This document shows positions 38,043-48,003 of a DNA stretch of 64,000 nt, piece after piece. Position 1 is the stretch's first letter, and each line of letters begins with the position of its first letter. A model generated the notes under the pieces. It ran no database searches. It saw only the letters and a list, made by a program, of their open reading frames with translations, and was not told where the DNA came from. The position numbers and the translations under genes are program-made. Source of the stretch: an uncultured Candidatus Saccharibacteria bacterium (GTDB lineage Bacteria; Patescibacteriota; Minisyncoccia; Phycocordibacterales; UBA12088). Location: assembly GCA_964409035.1 (NCBI GenBank), contig CAYPBQ010000003.1:105530-169529 (forward strand). Direction: 5' to 3'.

Positions 38043-39175
38043 AGATGAAGCGAACGTATATGTTCGACATCACTATCACTATAAACCCTTTTGTTATTCT
38101 GAAAAACACCACTTTCAAATGAAAACTGTTTTGCTACCGCGCTAAGCTCTTCTACAGAGTCCATATCGATTTTTCTAAACTCACCAAGCGAGCTGCCGCG
38201 CACTTCATGCATCTCATTAAGTAACAATGCCTCTGCTAAGCAACTATAAATGGTTGACGAGTCTTTAAGACCCATGTTAAAAGGGATTTTTACATGCTCT
38301 GTCCGTACCGCGCCACCAGAGAGTATAAGCAAATCATCACGCATAAGTAGCTCCTCATCAACATCAGATGGTTGTGCATCATCAACAATAATAACTCCAG
38401 GCACAACATGCTCACTAGTAATGAGCGCACCCTCTTTGCTTGTAGCAGTAACAATAACCTGCGTACCTCTTACATCACTGAGTTCGTCTGAAATGGTTAC
38501 TGTCGCTAGTTTATTATGCTCCTTAATATATGAAGCTATTTCTTCCATCCTCTCCTTCTTGTTAGAAAGATCGATAAGTAAGAGGTTGTTATATCCCCAA
38601 AATGAAAGTATTTGCGCTGCGGCAGAGCCAATCGAACCTGCTGCCCCCACTACTGAGACGACGATATTTTTCTTATCAAGACCACATGCAACAACCCCCC
38701 TATTAACAAGCGTAGCTACGTTGAGTGAGGTAAATAGTCTCCCGGTAGTGATTCTGGGCGTTTTATCTGTTCCGTTTAGTAATGTGCCACCATGTGTAAG
38801 TGATGCGGTAAGCGCTCCCAATCCTACAACTTTTGCTCCCCGCTTGTGAGCGTAAGCATATGCTTGTTTGATATAACGGACTGCGCGCGGCCTGTCTTCA
38901 AGCATTTGTTTTGCAGTAAGCGGAATTGAAAGAACGATACCCTCATGCCGCTTATCCCCTACGTGAATTGGAGCGACACTTACTACCCAAAACCGCTTCA
39001 TAACAGCTCGCACAAATGAAATAGGAAAGACACGCAAAAAAGGAAATTTTCTTAGCGTGTCTTCTTCGGTTCGTGGGTGCACAATAAATGCTACCTTTAT
39101 TTTATGTGACGGGGTACTCCACGGAATGAGTTGATAGTATATGTCTTGTAGAAGAAAATACAGTGATTTAGGCAT
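38039..39175 (-). CDS. Long-chain acyl-ACP/CoA reductase-like protein (COG5322-type)
   Basis: AFIVHP, VGLGALT, ITTG, VVGAAGSIG Rossmann motif, DDAQPSDV, GG, YSCLAEALLL (catalytic-Cys motif); start set at MPKSL. Confidence 0.8.
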   Translation of the reverse strand: MPKSLYFLLQDIYYQLIPWSTPSHKIKVAFIVHPRTEEDTLRKFPFLRVFPISFVRAVMKRFWVVSVAPIHVGDKRHEGIVLSIPLTAKQMLEDRPRAVRYIKQAYAYAHKRGAKVVGLGALTASLTHGGTLLNGTDKTPRITTGRLFTSLNVATLVNRGVVACGLDKKNIVVSVVGAAGSIGSAAAQILSFWGYNNLLLIDLSNKKERMEEIASYIKEHNKLATVTISDELSDVRGTQVIVTATSKEGALITSEHVVPGVIIVDDAQPSDVDEELLMRDDLLILSGGAVRTEHVKIPFNMGLKDSSTIYSCLAEALLLNEMHEVRGSSLGEFRKIDMDSVEELSAVAKQFSFESGVFQNNKRVYSDSDVEHIRSLHL

Positions 39176-39917
39176 GCTGATTATTGTTATATAGCGCAAG
39201 GTGTGTGTTTGTGTGCGACATATCAATACTTGTAATAGTGTATTTTAGTGATTTTATTTTATCTCCAAGCACGGTGGCTGCGTCTCTGTAGTCTTCTAGT
39301 AAAGGAAATTCAGGCAATTGCTTGTGATAGTAAATAGGATCACCAAATACTACCTTCAGAGTGAGACGCGCCTTAAAAAAGTTGGCAAATGAGGCATGGT
39401 AGCACTCAGATATATACACTGGTACGACAGGTAATTGTAGATAGTGAGAAAGAAATACGACTCCTCCGCGTGGCTTCTTTGGTTCAGGATCTGTAAGTTT
39501 TTCAATTCCAAAAGGGAAAATGGTGATACTCTGGCGAGTCTTACCTATTGCAACGAAATTACGCAGTGAATAAAAATAATCTTGCTTGCCTGGGTATGCG
39601 GGGTATGCCCCCCACACATTGAAAAAGGTGTCTCCATAAATGTATCCTTTCCATCCTTTCCAATCATATATTTTTTGTTCCCGAGCCACATAAAACATAG
39701 GAGAAAATCGCGAGAACCACGGCAATGCAGCCCTAATTGCAATTGGGTCAAGATGGCTAGTGTGGTTTATGGCAAAGATGACCCCCTTTGGTAGATGAGA
39801 AATTTTCTTAAAACCAAACACCTCAAAATCACACAATATCCAGAATAATACTCGGGCGATTGGCCACGCAATGCTTTGAAGAAGTAGTGGAAAAAAGGAT
39901 TTAAGGTTTACCTGCAT
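39168..39917 (-). CDS. PlsC-like lysophospholipid acyltransferase
   Basis: NHTSHLD (HX4D), IFPFG, PVVPV, VVFGDPI; start set at MQVNL. Confidence 0.85.
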   Translation of the reverse strand: MQVNLKSFFPLLLQSIAWPIARVLFWILCDFEVFGFKKISHLPKGVIFAINHTSHLDPIAIRAALPWFSRFSPMFYVAREQKIYDWKGWKGYIYGDTFFNVWGAYPAYPGKQDYFYSLRNFVAIGKTRQSITIFPFGIEKLTDPEPKKPRGGVVFLSHYLQLPVVPVYISECYHASFANFFKARLTLKVVFGDPIYYHKQLPEFPLLEDYRDAATVLGDKIKSLKYTITSIDMSHTNTHLALYNNNQHA

Positions 39918-40405
39918 AATTTTAAACAGAGCACGGGAACGATTATCCATAGGACACTCTGGATACTACCAACAAAAAGTTTCTCCATTGGATTACTAAA
40001 GGAGAACAAGGATTGAAATGTGGTTGCCGTAAGTAGTAATGAAAATAGCAATCCTGTTGCAAGTACGCCAAGTAAAATTATCTCAAACCACTTTTTAGGG
40101 CCACTACCGTGATAAAAGGAGCCGATAATTGATCTGATTGGTAAATAAACTACTGCGGTAAGGGAGATAAACACAAGAACACTCACGTGTTGGTAAGTGA
40201 CACTCTGCGCTATGAGCGCACTAAGGAGTGGAGTAGCTAGTGCGCTTGGATACATTGCAACAATAAGCGAGAAAAGCGCTTGTTTACCCTTCCATACTGC
40301 AATAGCAACCATGAGTGCAATGAGGGCGGTGGCAAGCAATATATCCTTTGGCACTTCTAGAAAGTGCTCAGTAATCATGGATACGTATGTTGTTGCTGTT
40401 TGCAT
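39908..40405 (-). CDS. Hypothetical integral membrane protein
   Basis: 165 aa with about 5 hydrophobic segments; its stop overlaps the acyltransferase start. Confidence 0.75.
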   Translation of the reverse strand: MQTATTYVSMITEHFLEVPKDILLATALIALMVAIAVWKGKQALFSLIVAMYPSALATPLLSALIAQSVTYQHVSVLVFISLTAVVYLPIRSIIGSFYHGSGPKKWFEIILLGVLATGLLFSLLLTATTFQSLFSFSNPMEKLFVGSIQSVLWIIVPVLCLKLCR

Positions 40406-40429
40406 GTAAGTGTGCGCATTAGCACTACA

Positions 40430-41494
40430 CTATATTCCCTCCTTCTTTAATTCTTCGATAAGTGTTCTTGATTTACGTGATAGCTTCTCTGGAATACTAA
40501 TTTTTATTCTAAGCAGCAAGTCACCTCGCTTTGACGTTGAAAGCACTACTCCTTTACCTTTAACTTTTAACAGTTCATTAAAGGAGACGCCTGGTGGAAT
40601 CTTCACCGCAATATTACCATCAAGTGTTTCAACTGTATACGTGGCACCGGTGATGGCATCGGTTAATTTTACATTTAGGTCTTTTATAATGTCCGCCCCT
40701 TCCTTTTTATACTCGGCATCTTGCTTAACATGTATTTTTACATATAGATCACCAGAAGTGCCGTTTTTAATCGCTTCTCCATGACCAGTGAGGCGTATCA
40801 TCTCACCATTATTAATACCAGCAGGTATATGGATTTCAATTTTTTCTTGCTTATGCATTACTCCAGCACCTTTGCATGTTTCGCACTCATGTTCAGGCCT
40901 TGTGCCTTTGCCATTACAAGTACTGCATGGACGAGTAGCTGAAAACACACCAAACATGGTGTTCTTTGATTCATGAATTACTCCAGCACCTGAACAAGTG
41001 GTACACGCAATGAGCGCAGAGCCAACTTTGGCTCCTGATCCGCTACATGTGGTGCATGTTGATGTTTTTGAGAGTGTAACCGATCGTGTGACGCCAAATA
41101 CCGACTCTTTGAATGATATTTCAATATCAATGGATATGTCACTTCCTCTTGATTGGCGGCGCTTCCCTCCCGTAAAGAAGTCGCCAAAAATATCTCCCAA
41201 GTCAAATTCGACTGACCCATTCTGAAATCCAGAAAAATCAAATCCATCAAATCCTTGCGTGTTTCCACCTTGTGTATCGTTACCACCAAAAACCCTGCCG
41301 TAGGCATTATACTCTGCCCTCCGTTTCTCATCCGACAACACAGAGTAGGCTTCGCTTATTTCCTTAAATTTTTTCTCGTCACCTGATTGTTTATCGGGAT
41401 GGTACCGTTGAGCTAATTTTCTAAATGCCTTTTTTATTTCTTCTTGGGAGGCATTTTTTTCTACTTCAAGAATTTTATAGTAGTCTTTTTTCAT
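40430..41494 (-). CDS. dnaJ: Chaperone DnaJ
   Basis: HPD J-domain, four CxxCxGxG repeats; start MKKDYY. Confidence 0.97.
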   Translation of the reverse strand: MKKDYYKILEVEKNASQEEIKKAFRKLAQRYHPDKQSGDEKKFKEISEAYSVLSDEKRRAEYNAYGRVFGGNDTQGGNTQGFDGFDFSGFQNGSVEFDLGDIFGDFFTGGKRRQSRGSDISIDIEISFKESVFGVTRSVTLSKTSTCTTCSGSGAKVGSALIACTTCSGAGVIHESKNTMFGVFSATRPCSTCNGKGTRPEHECETCKGAGVMHKQEKIEIHIPAGINNGEMIRLTGHGEAIKNGTSGDLYVKIHVKQDAEYKKEGADIIKDLNVKLTDAITGATYTVETLDGNIAVKIPPGVSFNELLKVKGKGVVLSTSKRGDLLLRIKISIPEKLSRKSRTLIEELKKEGI

Positions 41495-41495
41495 G

Positions 41496-43382
41496 TTATG
41501 AGGTTTGCTCCTTTCCATCCTCAGGTATATCCGTTGCTTCAGCCTCGCGTACATTGCTATTTGCATCCGTACCAGCTGCTGGCTGTGATTTCATTGATTC
41601 TCCAACCTTCTGTAGTTCAGTGCTGAGTGCTGACGTACTATTTTTAATAGCGTCTATATCATTTCCAGTAAGTACACCCCGTAGTGATGTAATAGCTGTC
41701 TCCACTGAGGTTTTAGTATCAGCATTAATTGCATCCTTGTGATCGGTAAGTGATTTTTCAGCGGTGTATATTAGTTGCTCAGCAATGTTTTTTGCCTCTA
41801 CTAGTTCCTTCTTCTTTTTATCCTCTTCAGCGTGACCTTCCGCATCGTCTGTCATTCGCCTTATATCTGCGTCACTTAGTCCAGAGCTTGCCTCAATTCG
41901 GATTGATTGAGTTTTGCCAGTTGTTTTGTCCTTTGCGGTTACGTTAAGTATTCCGTTTGCATCAACATCAAACGCAACTTCAATCTGTGGTAATCCACGT
42001 GGAGCAGGTGGAATGCCCTCAAGGATAAATCGTCCAAGTGATTTATTATCACTTGCCATTGCTCGCTCACCTTGTACGACATGCACCTCAACACTCGTTT
42101 GGTTATCTGCAGCGGTTGAGAATACCTGCGAGTTTTGAGTAGGAATAGTGGTGTTTCTATTTATTATCTTGGTTGCGACTCCACCCATGGTTTCAATACC
42201 AAGTGAAAGCGGAATAACATCAAGTAGTAATATATCCTTTACATCACCCTGGAGAATTCCTGCTTGAATAGCAGCACCAAGGGCAACCACCTCATCAGGG
42301 TTAATTGTTTTGTTAGGCTCTCTGCCGAAAAACTCTTTTACTGCCTCTTGAATGGCAGGCATTCTTGTTTGTCCGCCGACAAGAATCACTTCATTAAGGT
42401 CAGTAACCTTAAATGGAGAGGCTTCCATTGCTCGCTTAGTAATCGCAATTGCTTTATCAATATAAGGGCGTGCAAGAGTTTCTAGTGTCGCTCTTGTCAT
42501 GTTCATAAGGAGGTGTTTTGGACCATCCTCACCTGAGGTAATAAATGGAATATTTATTTCAGTTTGCTGAGTGGTAGATAACTCATGCTTTGCCTTTTCT
42601 GCAGCTTCATCCAAGCGCTGTACAGCAAGAGGGTCCTTAAGTAGATCAACCCCTTGTGTCTTCTTAAACTCTGTTGCTATCCATTCAACTATCTTCTGGT
42701 CAATATCACGTCCACCCATGAATGCATCTCCGTCAGTTGCCTTTACCTCAATCACATCGTCACCTACTTCAAGTATTGATACGTCAAATGTACCTCCTCC
42801 AAAATCGAATACCGCTATCTTCTCATCCTTCTTTTTATTAAATCCATAGGCAAGCGCCGCTGCGGTAGGTTCGTTAATTATGCGCTTCACTTCAAGTCCT
42901 GCAATTTTACCCGCGTCTTTTGTTGCCTTTCTTTGGGCATCATCAAAGTATGCCGGTACAGTGATAATTGCTTCAGTTATTTTTTCGCCGAGTTTTGCTT
43001 CAGCGTCATTCTTTAGTTTTTGCAGTATCATTGCAGAAACCTCCTCTGGCCTATAGGTAGCACCACTAAGGGTAACTTCTACCCCGCCATCAGATCCTGC
43101 CTTTATTTCGTATGGTAATACGCCTGCATTTTGCGTAACGATAGGATCATTAAATCGGTGACCCATAAATCGCTTAATACCATAAATAGTATTCTTAGGA
43201 TTTGTTACTGCCTGGCGCCTTGCAACTACGCCAACTAGACGCTCGCCAGTTTTTGAGATTGCTGCAACTGATGGAGTTGTCCTACTACCCTCAGTGTTCT
43301 CAATAATGGTAGGTTCTGCTCCATCCATTATCGCCATTGCGCTATTGGTGGTGCCTAGGTCTATTCCAAGTATTTTAGCCAT
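41496..43382 (-). CDS. dnaK: Chaperone DnaK
   Basis: [30 protein letters not shown]. Confidence 0.98.
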   Translation of the reverse strand: MAKILGIDLGTTNSAMAIMDGAEPTIIENTEGSRTTPSVAAISKTGERLVGVVARRQAVTNPKNTIYGIKRFMGHRFNDPIVTQNAGVLPYEIKAGSDGGVEVTLSGATYRPEEVSAMILQKLKNDAEAKLGEKITEAIITVPAYFDDAQRKATKDAGKIAGLEVKRIINEPTAAALAYGFNKKKDEKIAVFDFGGGTFDVSILEVGDDVIEVKATDGDAFMGGRDIDQKIVEWIATEFKKTQGVDLLKDPLAVQRLDEAAEKAKHELSTTQQTEINIPFITSGEDGPKHLLMNMTRATLETLARPYIDKAIAITKRAMEASPFKVTDLNEVILVGGQTRMPAIQEAVKEFFGREPNKTINPDEVVALGAAIQAGILQGDVKDILLLDVIPLSLGIETMGGVATKIINRNTTIPTQNSQVFSTAADNQTSVEVHVVQGERAMASDNKSLGRFILEGIPPAPRGLPQIEVAFDVDANGILNVTAKDKTTGKTQSIRIEASSGLSDADIRRMTDDAEGHAEEDKKKKELVEAKNIAEQLIYTAEKSLTDHKDAINADTKTSVETAITSLRGVLTGNDIDAIKNSTSALSTELQKVGESMKSQPAAGTDANSNVREAEATDIPEDGKEQTS

Positions 43383-43392
43383 AGTAGTGGTA

Positions 43393-43944
43393 TTAACTAG
43401 TAACAAATAATATAACTTTAGCGGGACGTATCAGGGTATTCTCAAGCTCTAATCCTTTTTGCATTACTGTCGCGACAACGTGATCATCACTTGGTTTATC
43501 GGTGGGTGTTGTTCCCACTGCCTCATGCCGGTGGGGGTCAAATGGCTCCCCAAGAGGATCAATGAGGGATACGCCGTATTGTGCTAATATTTTTAAAAAT
43601 TGGCTCTGAAGCTGTATAACGCCGTCACGTACCGCGCTCCCTTCCCCCTGTGGCACATCAATTTTAATTGCACTATCAAATGAGTCAAGAATACCAGAGA
43701 GGTCTCTTACTAGTGGCATAATAGCCAGTTTTACTCGTCGATCTGTATCCTCTTGCGTGGTGCGCTTATGGTTGACATGATCCGCCCGCGCGCGCTGCCA
43801 TCCGATTAGATTTTCATCACGTTCCTTCTGACATAGAAGCAGCTTTTCACGCAGCGACTTTAGGGTATCACCTGTGGCAAGTGAATCATCTTCAAATACC
43901 AAGTCTTCTGAATCTTCTGACGTGTGTGATGTGTTTTCAATCAT
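43393..43944 (-). CDS. grpE: Nucleotide exchange factor GrpE
   Basis: [22 protein letters not shown]. Confidence 0.92.
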   Translation of the reverse strand: MIENTSHTSEDSEDLVFEDDSLATGDTLKSLREKLLLCQKERDENLIGWQRARADHVNHKRTTQEDTDRRVKLAIMPLVRDLSGILDSFDSAIKIDVPQGEGSAVRDGVIQLQSQFLKILAQYGVSLIDPLGEPFDPHRHEAVGTTPTDKPSDDHVVATVMQKGLELENTLIRPAKVILFVTS

Positions 43945-43965
43945 ACTACTTTTAGTTACGAGAAA

Positions 43966-43994
43966 ACTATACGTCTCAATAACGCCTGTGTCAA
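43966..43994 (-). promoter_or_regulatory. Sigma70-type promoter for grpE-dnaK-dnaJ
   Basis: TTGACA-17 nt-TATAGT on the minus strand; no CIRCE seen. Confidence 0.7.
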
Positions 43995-44013
43995 AACCAA
44001 GTGAGTATAGGGT

Positions 44014-44406
44014 TTAACGCTTGCTCCACTGAGGTGCCTTTCTTGCCTTCTTGAGTCCGAACTTTCTTCGTTCTTTTGTACGAGGATCTCGCTTGAGGAA
44101 GCCAGCCTTCTTAAGCGGACCGCGCAATTGTGTCTGGTGCTCGCTTATAGCTCTTGAGATACCGTGTCGGATAGCTTCAGCTTGTGATGCGCTACCACCG
44201 CCATTTACATGTGCTGATACAGCAAAGGTAGAAACGCCCTCAACATGGAACGCCTCTGTGGCAACTTTCTGAAGTGTGCTTGTTTTAAAATATTCAACTA
44301 CTGGCTTGTCATTTACCACTAGTGATTGCGTTTTTGCAGGCACAAGACGAACACGAGCAACTGATGTCTTTCTGCGACCTACTGTTTCAATGTATCTCTC
44401 TGACAT
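44014..44406 (-). CDS. rpsI: 30S ribosomal protein S9
   Basis: [10 protein letters not shown]...[11 protein letters not shown]. Confidence 0.97.
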   Translation of the reverse strand: MSERYIETVGRRKTSVARVRLVPAKTQSLVVNDKPVVEYFKTSTLQKVATEAFHVEGVSTFAVSAHVNGGGSASQAEAIRHGISRAISEHQTQLRGPLKKAGFLKRDPRTKERRKFGLKKARKAPQWSKR

Positions 44407-44408
44407 AA

Positions 44409-44765
44409 TTATTTTTCGTTAATCAGAAGGCGTTTTAGCATTCTGTCCCTAAGTTTATTCTTTGGAAGCATACCGCTTATAGCTCGTATCAATAATTCCT
44501 TACCACCCTTTTTTGCTATAAGGTCCTTAAGAATCTCTCGCTTCTGATTTCCTGGGTAGCCAGAATAGCTGTAGTACGCCTTGTCATTACGCTTATTTTC
44601 ATCAATATGAAGTGCGCCAGCATTCTCGATTATCACTTTACCCTCACCCTCCTTATGTCGTGCATAGCTTGGGGTATCCTTGCCCATGAGTATGGTCGCA
44701 GCCTCAGAAGCCACTCTTCCTAGCCTTTTACCCTTTGCATCAATTGTGTAAGTTTTTTCATTCAT
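44409..44765 (-). CDS. rplM: 50S ribosomal protein L13
   Basis: [26 protein letters not shown]. Confidence 0.96.
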   Translation of the reverse strand: MNEKTYTIDAKGKRLGRVASEAATILMGKDTPSYARHKEGEGKVIIENAGALHIDENKRNDKAYYSYSGYPGNQKREILKDLIAKKGGKELLIRAISGMLPKNKLRDRMLKRLLINEK

Positions 44766-44785
44766 ACGTTTGAGATTTGAGCGTA

Positions 44786-45139
44786 CTATACAAATGCGAT
44801 TTTGGCTACGCTACGTGCATCCATTCCACGTTGCCCCATTTTTACAATTCGAGTATATCCACCAGCTCTGTCTTTATACTTTGGTGCTAGTACGGTAAAT
44901 AGTTTTGCAACAACTTCTTCGTCGTTGTTTACTCGAGACGCGATAAGGCGTCTGCTTGAGAGAGTATCAACCTTTGCCTTAGTGATGAGCTTCTCTACTG
45001 CTGGGCGCAATGCCTTAGCCTTTGCTTCCGTAGTGGTAATTACATCACGCAATACAAGCTCACGTACTAAAGACGTAATAAGCGCATTGCGTTCATTTCG
45101 ACTGCGACCGAGTGTATTAAGTTTAGCTCCGTGCTTCAT
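44786..45139 (-). CDS. rplQ: 50S ribosomal protein L17
   Basis: ITTTEAKAK, GGYTRI. Confidence 0.96.
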   Translation of the reverse strand: MKHGAKLNTLGRSRNERNALITSLVRELVLRDVITTTEAKAKALRPAVEKLITKAKVDTLSSRRLIASRVNNDEEVVAKLFTVLAPKYKDRAGGYTRIVKMGQRGMDARSVAKIAFV

Positions 45140-45140
45140 A

Positions 45141-46136
45141 TTAGCTTCTTAGGGTTATACCAAAGTTACTGAGTGCTCGCTTTATTTCCTGAAGACCCTT
45201 AACGCCAAGTCCTTCAATCGCAAGAATATCGTCTTCTCTCTTTCTTGCAAGGCCTCCTACAGTTCTGATGCCGGCAACGCCAAGTGCAGAGACAGTTCTT
45301 GTTGAAAGAGAAAGAGTTTCAATTCTTGTCTTTAGCATCTCTACATCATCCTCTTTGTTGTCATGACTATCCTTCGCTTCTTTTGCAGGAGCTTCTACCG
45401 CTCTTACTTCTCTTACCTCCTCGTCTCTAGAAAATGACTCTTTAGGATCCTGAAATCCAATAACTGACTTCAATTGATAAATCATTATTTCAATTGATTT
45501 CTCAAGCGCTTCTTTAGGAGTGATTGTGCCATCAGTTTCGATTGTGATTCGTAGGCGATTGTAATCAGTTCTATCACCAACGCGCATGTTCTCTACTTCA
45601 TAATTTACTCGTCGTATTGGAGTAAATGCCGCATCAAGTGCGATTGTACCTACGTCTACTTTATCCTCTTGGATTTGCTCACGTGGTACATAGCCAATAC
45701 CCTTTTGTACTGTCAAATCAACATTAAATTCAGCCTTTGTGGTTACATCACAGATATACTGCTCTTTGTTATGTACACCTACTTGGGTTGGAAGTGTGAA
45801 ATCAGATGCAGTTACTACCTTTGGACCCTTTATTTTAAGGCTGATGGTTTGTGCGTCATCACCAGTGAGTGAAAGTCTAACCTTCTTTAGGTTGAGAAGA
45901 ATAGTAATAATATCCTCCTTTACACCCTCTTTAGTACTAAACTCATGAGGTACGCCCTCAATCTTTACCTTAGTAATAGCAGCGCCTGGAAGGGATGAGA
46001 GAATTATTCGTCGTAGAGAGTTACCAAGCGTATGGCCATATCCTGGGTATAGACCATCAATTTCAAATACACCCGAGTTCTGTGACTCAGACACAATTTT
46101 TGGCTTTGATGGCAGTGTTACGTGATGATGTTCCAT
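45141..46136 (-). CDS. rpoA: RNA polymerase subunit alpha
   Basis: GYGHTLGNSLRR, HEFST, RVGDRTDY, alpha-CTD. Confidence 0.97.
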   Translation of the reverse strand: MEHHHVTLPSKPKIVSESQNSGVFEIDGLYPGYGHTLGNSLRRIILSSLPGAAITKVKIEGVPHEFSTKEGVKEDIITILLNLKKVRLSLTGDDAQTISLKIKGPKVVTASDFTLPTQVGVHNKEQYICDVTTKAEFNVDLTVQKGIGYVPREQIQEDKVDVGTIALDAAFTPIRRVNYEVENMRVGDRTDYNRLRITIETDGTITPKEALEKSIEIMIYQLKSVIGFQDPKESFSRDEEVREVRAVEAPAKEAKDSHDNKEDDVEMLKTRIETLSLSTRTVSALGVAGIRTVGGLARKREDDILAIEGLGVKGLQEIKRALSNFGITLRS

Positions 46137-46161
46137 ATGCAAAAATAAATTCTAATAAATA

Positions 46162-46770
46162 CTATCGGCTATAAAATTCTAGAACCTGCGCAAGGTCGAA
46201 AGGCATTTCAGTATTATCAGAGTTTGGCTGTTCAAGTACGGTGGCAACAAGTGATGCGTTCTCAAATTTTATCCAACGTGGGGCTGTAACGTCAGTAATT
46301 CGTTCCTTAGCCTCAACGATGTGTGCCTTTGTTTTGCTTCCATCACGTACCTCAATAACATCACCCTTTGAAAGATTATATGAAGGTACGGTAACTCGCT
46401 TCTTGTTTACCATAACATGGCCGTGGGCTGCCATCTGGCGCGCAGCGCGACGAGTTTTTGTTAGACCAACACGGTACAAGGTATTATCAAGTCTACTCTC
46501 TAGCTTTGAAAGAAGCTCAGTCTTTGCCTCCTTTCCATGTGCGAGTGACTCATCAACGTACTTTCTGAACTGGCGTTCTGTGATGCCATACAGCATGCGG
46601 ACACGCTGCTTCTCAAGCATCTGCTTAGCAAAGTCAGACATATTTCCCTTAGAGCGCTTTTCAGACTTCTTTGAACGCTCCTCAGATAGAGAATACTTTT
46701 GGCTCTGGCACTTCTCAAAAACACCATTACCAAGTCTCTTACAAATTTTGTATCGTGGTCCAGTTTTCAT
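46162..46770 (-). CDS. rpsD: 30S ribosomal protein S4
   Basis: EKQR, LESRLDN, ARQMAAHGH, EFYSR. Confidence 0.96.
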   Translation of the reverse strand: MKTGPRYKICKRLGNGVFEKCQSQKYSLSEERSKKSEKRSKGNMSDFAKQMLEKQRVRMLYGITERQFRKYVDESLAHGKEAKTELLSKLESRLDNTLYRVGLTKTRRAARQMAAHGHVMVNKKRVTVPSYNLSKGDVIEVRDGSKTKAHIVEAKERITDVTAPRWIKFENASLVATVLEQPNSDNTEMPFDLAQVLEFYSR

Positions 46771-46773
46771 ATA

Positions 46774-47208
46774 TTATACGCGTCTAGCTTTCTTAGGCCT
46801 TGGTCCATTGTGTGGGTTAGGCGTCCTGTCTTGTATATTTGACACCTCAAATCCTTTTCCTACAAATGCGCGAAGTGCTGATTCCCTACCTGACCCAACA
46901 CCATTTATAACAACAGAGACAGTCTTGATACCCATTTGTCCTGCCTTTTCACCTATAAGCTCACCCACTTTTGCAGCTGCAAATGGTGTACTCTTCTTTG
47001 CTCCCTTAAAACCAAGTGCGCCCGCTGATGAACTACTTACCACGTTGCCCTTGTCATCAGTGAGGGTGATGGTGGTGTTGTTATATGAAGCGATGACATG
47101 AAGTATTGCAGTATCAAATTTTCTTTTTACCAACTTTGAAAGCGCTCGGGCCTTTAAGCCTTGATCAACTGATCCTCCTGGTTTTTTTACAATTCGTTTC
47201 TTACCCAT
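46774..47208 (-). CDS. rpsK: 30S ribosomal protein S11
   Basis: SYNNT, STPFAA, PHNGPRP. Confidence 0.97.
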   Translation of the reverse strand: MGKKRIVKKPGGSVDQGLKARALSKLVKRKFDTAILHVIASYNNTTITLTDDKGNVVSSSSAGALGFKGAKKSTPFAAAKVGELIGEKAGQMGIKTVSVVINGVGSGRESALRAFVGKGFEVSNIQDRTPNPHNGPRPKKARRV

Positions 47209-47221
47209 AGGTATGTCAGTA

Positions 47222-47602
47222 TTATTTCTTCTCCACAGTCTTCTTACCAGAACCCATCGTTTTCTTTACTCCCTTCAATGTTCGTCCGTTTGTCTTTGTT
47301 CGTTGGCCTCGTGCAGGAAGTTTTTTTGAATGCCGTGATCCTCTGTATGACTGTATGTCCTTCAATCGCTTTATGTGTGAACCTACTACGCGGCGCAATT
47401 CACCTTCAATTGGACCTAATGATTCGATGTGTGTTCGTATCGCATTCTCCTCATTTTCAGAGAGATCAGTTGGTTTCTTTGATGGATCTATCTTCAGGTC
47501 GTGTAGTATTCTAAGCGCCTTAGGTCGCCCAATACCATACACTGCTGTTAGTGCAAATTCAAGATGCTTCTTATCTGGAATAGTGATACCTGAAATACGC
47601 AT
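47222..47602 (-). CDS. rpsM: 30S ribosomal protein S13
   Basis: YGIG, SYRGSRH, RGQRTKTN. Confidence 0.97.
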   Translation of the reverse strand: MRISGITIPDKKHLEFALTAVYGIGRPKALRILHDLKIDPSKKPTDLSENEENAIRTHIESLGPIEGELRRVVGSHIKRLKDIQSYRGSRHSKKLPARGQRTKTNGRTLKGVKKTMGSGKKTVEKK

Positions 47603-47603
47603 A

Positions 47604-47720
47604 TTATCCTTGTCGTTGTTTATTTCTTGGATTCTTTTTGTTAATGACGTAAATACGCCCGCGTCGGCGGACTATTTTATCGTCTGGGCTTCTTTTTTTG
47701 ATCGATGATCGAACTTTCAT
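47604..47720 (-). CDS. rpmJ: 50S ribosomal protein L36 (zinc-free form; not in ORF track)
   Basis: [38 protein letters not shown] between infA and rpsM. Confidence 0.95.
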   Translation of the reverse strand: MKVRSSIKKRSPDDKIVRRRGRIYVINKKNPRNKQRQG

Positions 47721-47747
47721 ACCTTGTTGTCTTTGTTCTCCATCACG

Positions 47748-47960
47748 CTAGAGACGCTTTACTATTCTTGCTTTACCACCGTACGGGTCTAGTTCGACTC
47801 GTACAGAGTCACCTACCAAAACCTTTATTCTGTGTATTCTCATCTTTCCTGCAAGGTAGGCGAGGATTAATTCCCCACTTTCTTCTAAGCGGACTCTAAA
47901 CAGAGTATTCGGGAGCGCCTCTTCAATGGTGCCCGTTTGCTGTTCGATCTGCTTATTCAT
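47748..47960 (-). CDS. infA: Translation initiation factor IF-1
   Basis: [18 protein letters not shown]. Confidence 0.95.
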   Translation of the reverse strand: MNKQIEQQTGTIEEALPNTLFRVRLEESGELILAYLAGKMRIHRIKVLVGDSVRVELDPYGGKARIVKRL

Positions 47961-48003
47961 GCCGGATTGACAAGGTTATGACATAGTACATGAGGCGGTA
48001 TTC

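Noticed and set aside
43945-44013. CIRCE/HrcA control of the dnaK operon
   Set aside because: No TTAGCACTC-N9-GAGTGCTAA and no hrcA in the window; only a sigma70 promoter
46241-47101. Long antisense ORFs (also 5581-6315, 38250-38849, 50469-51152)
   Set aside because: Shadows of well-supported genes on the opposite strand, with no motifs
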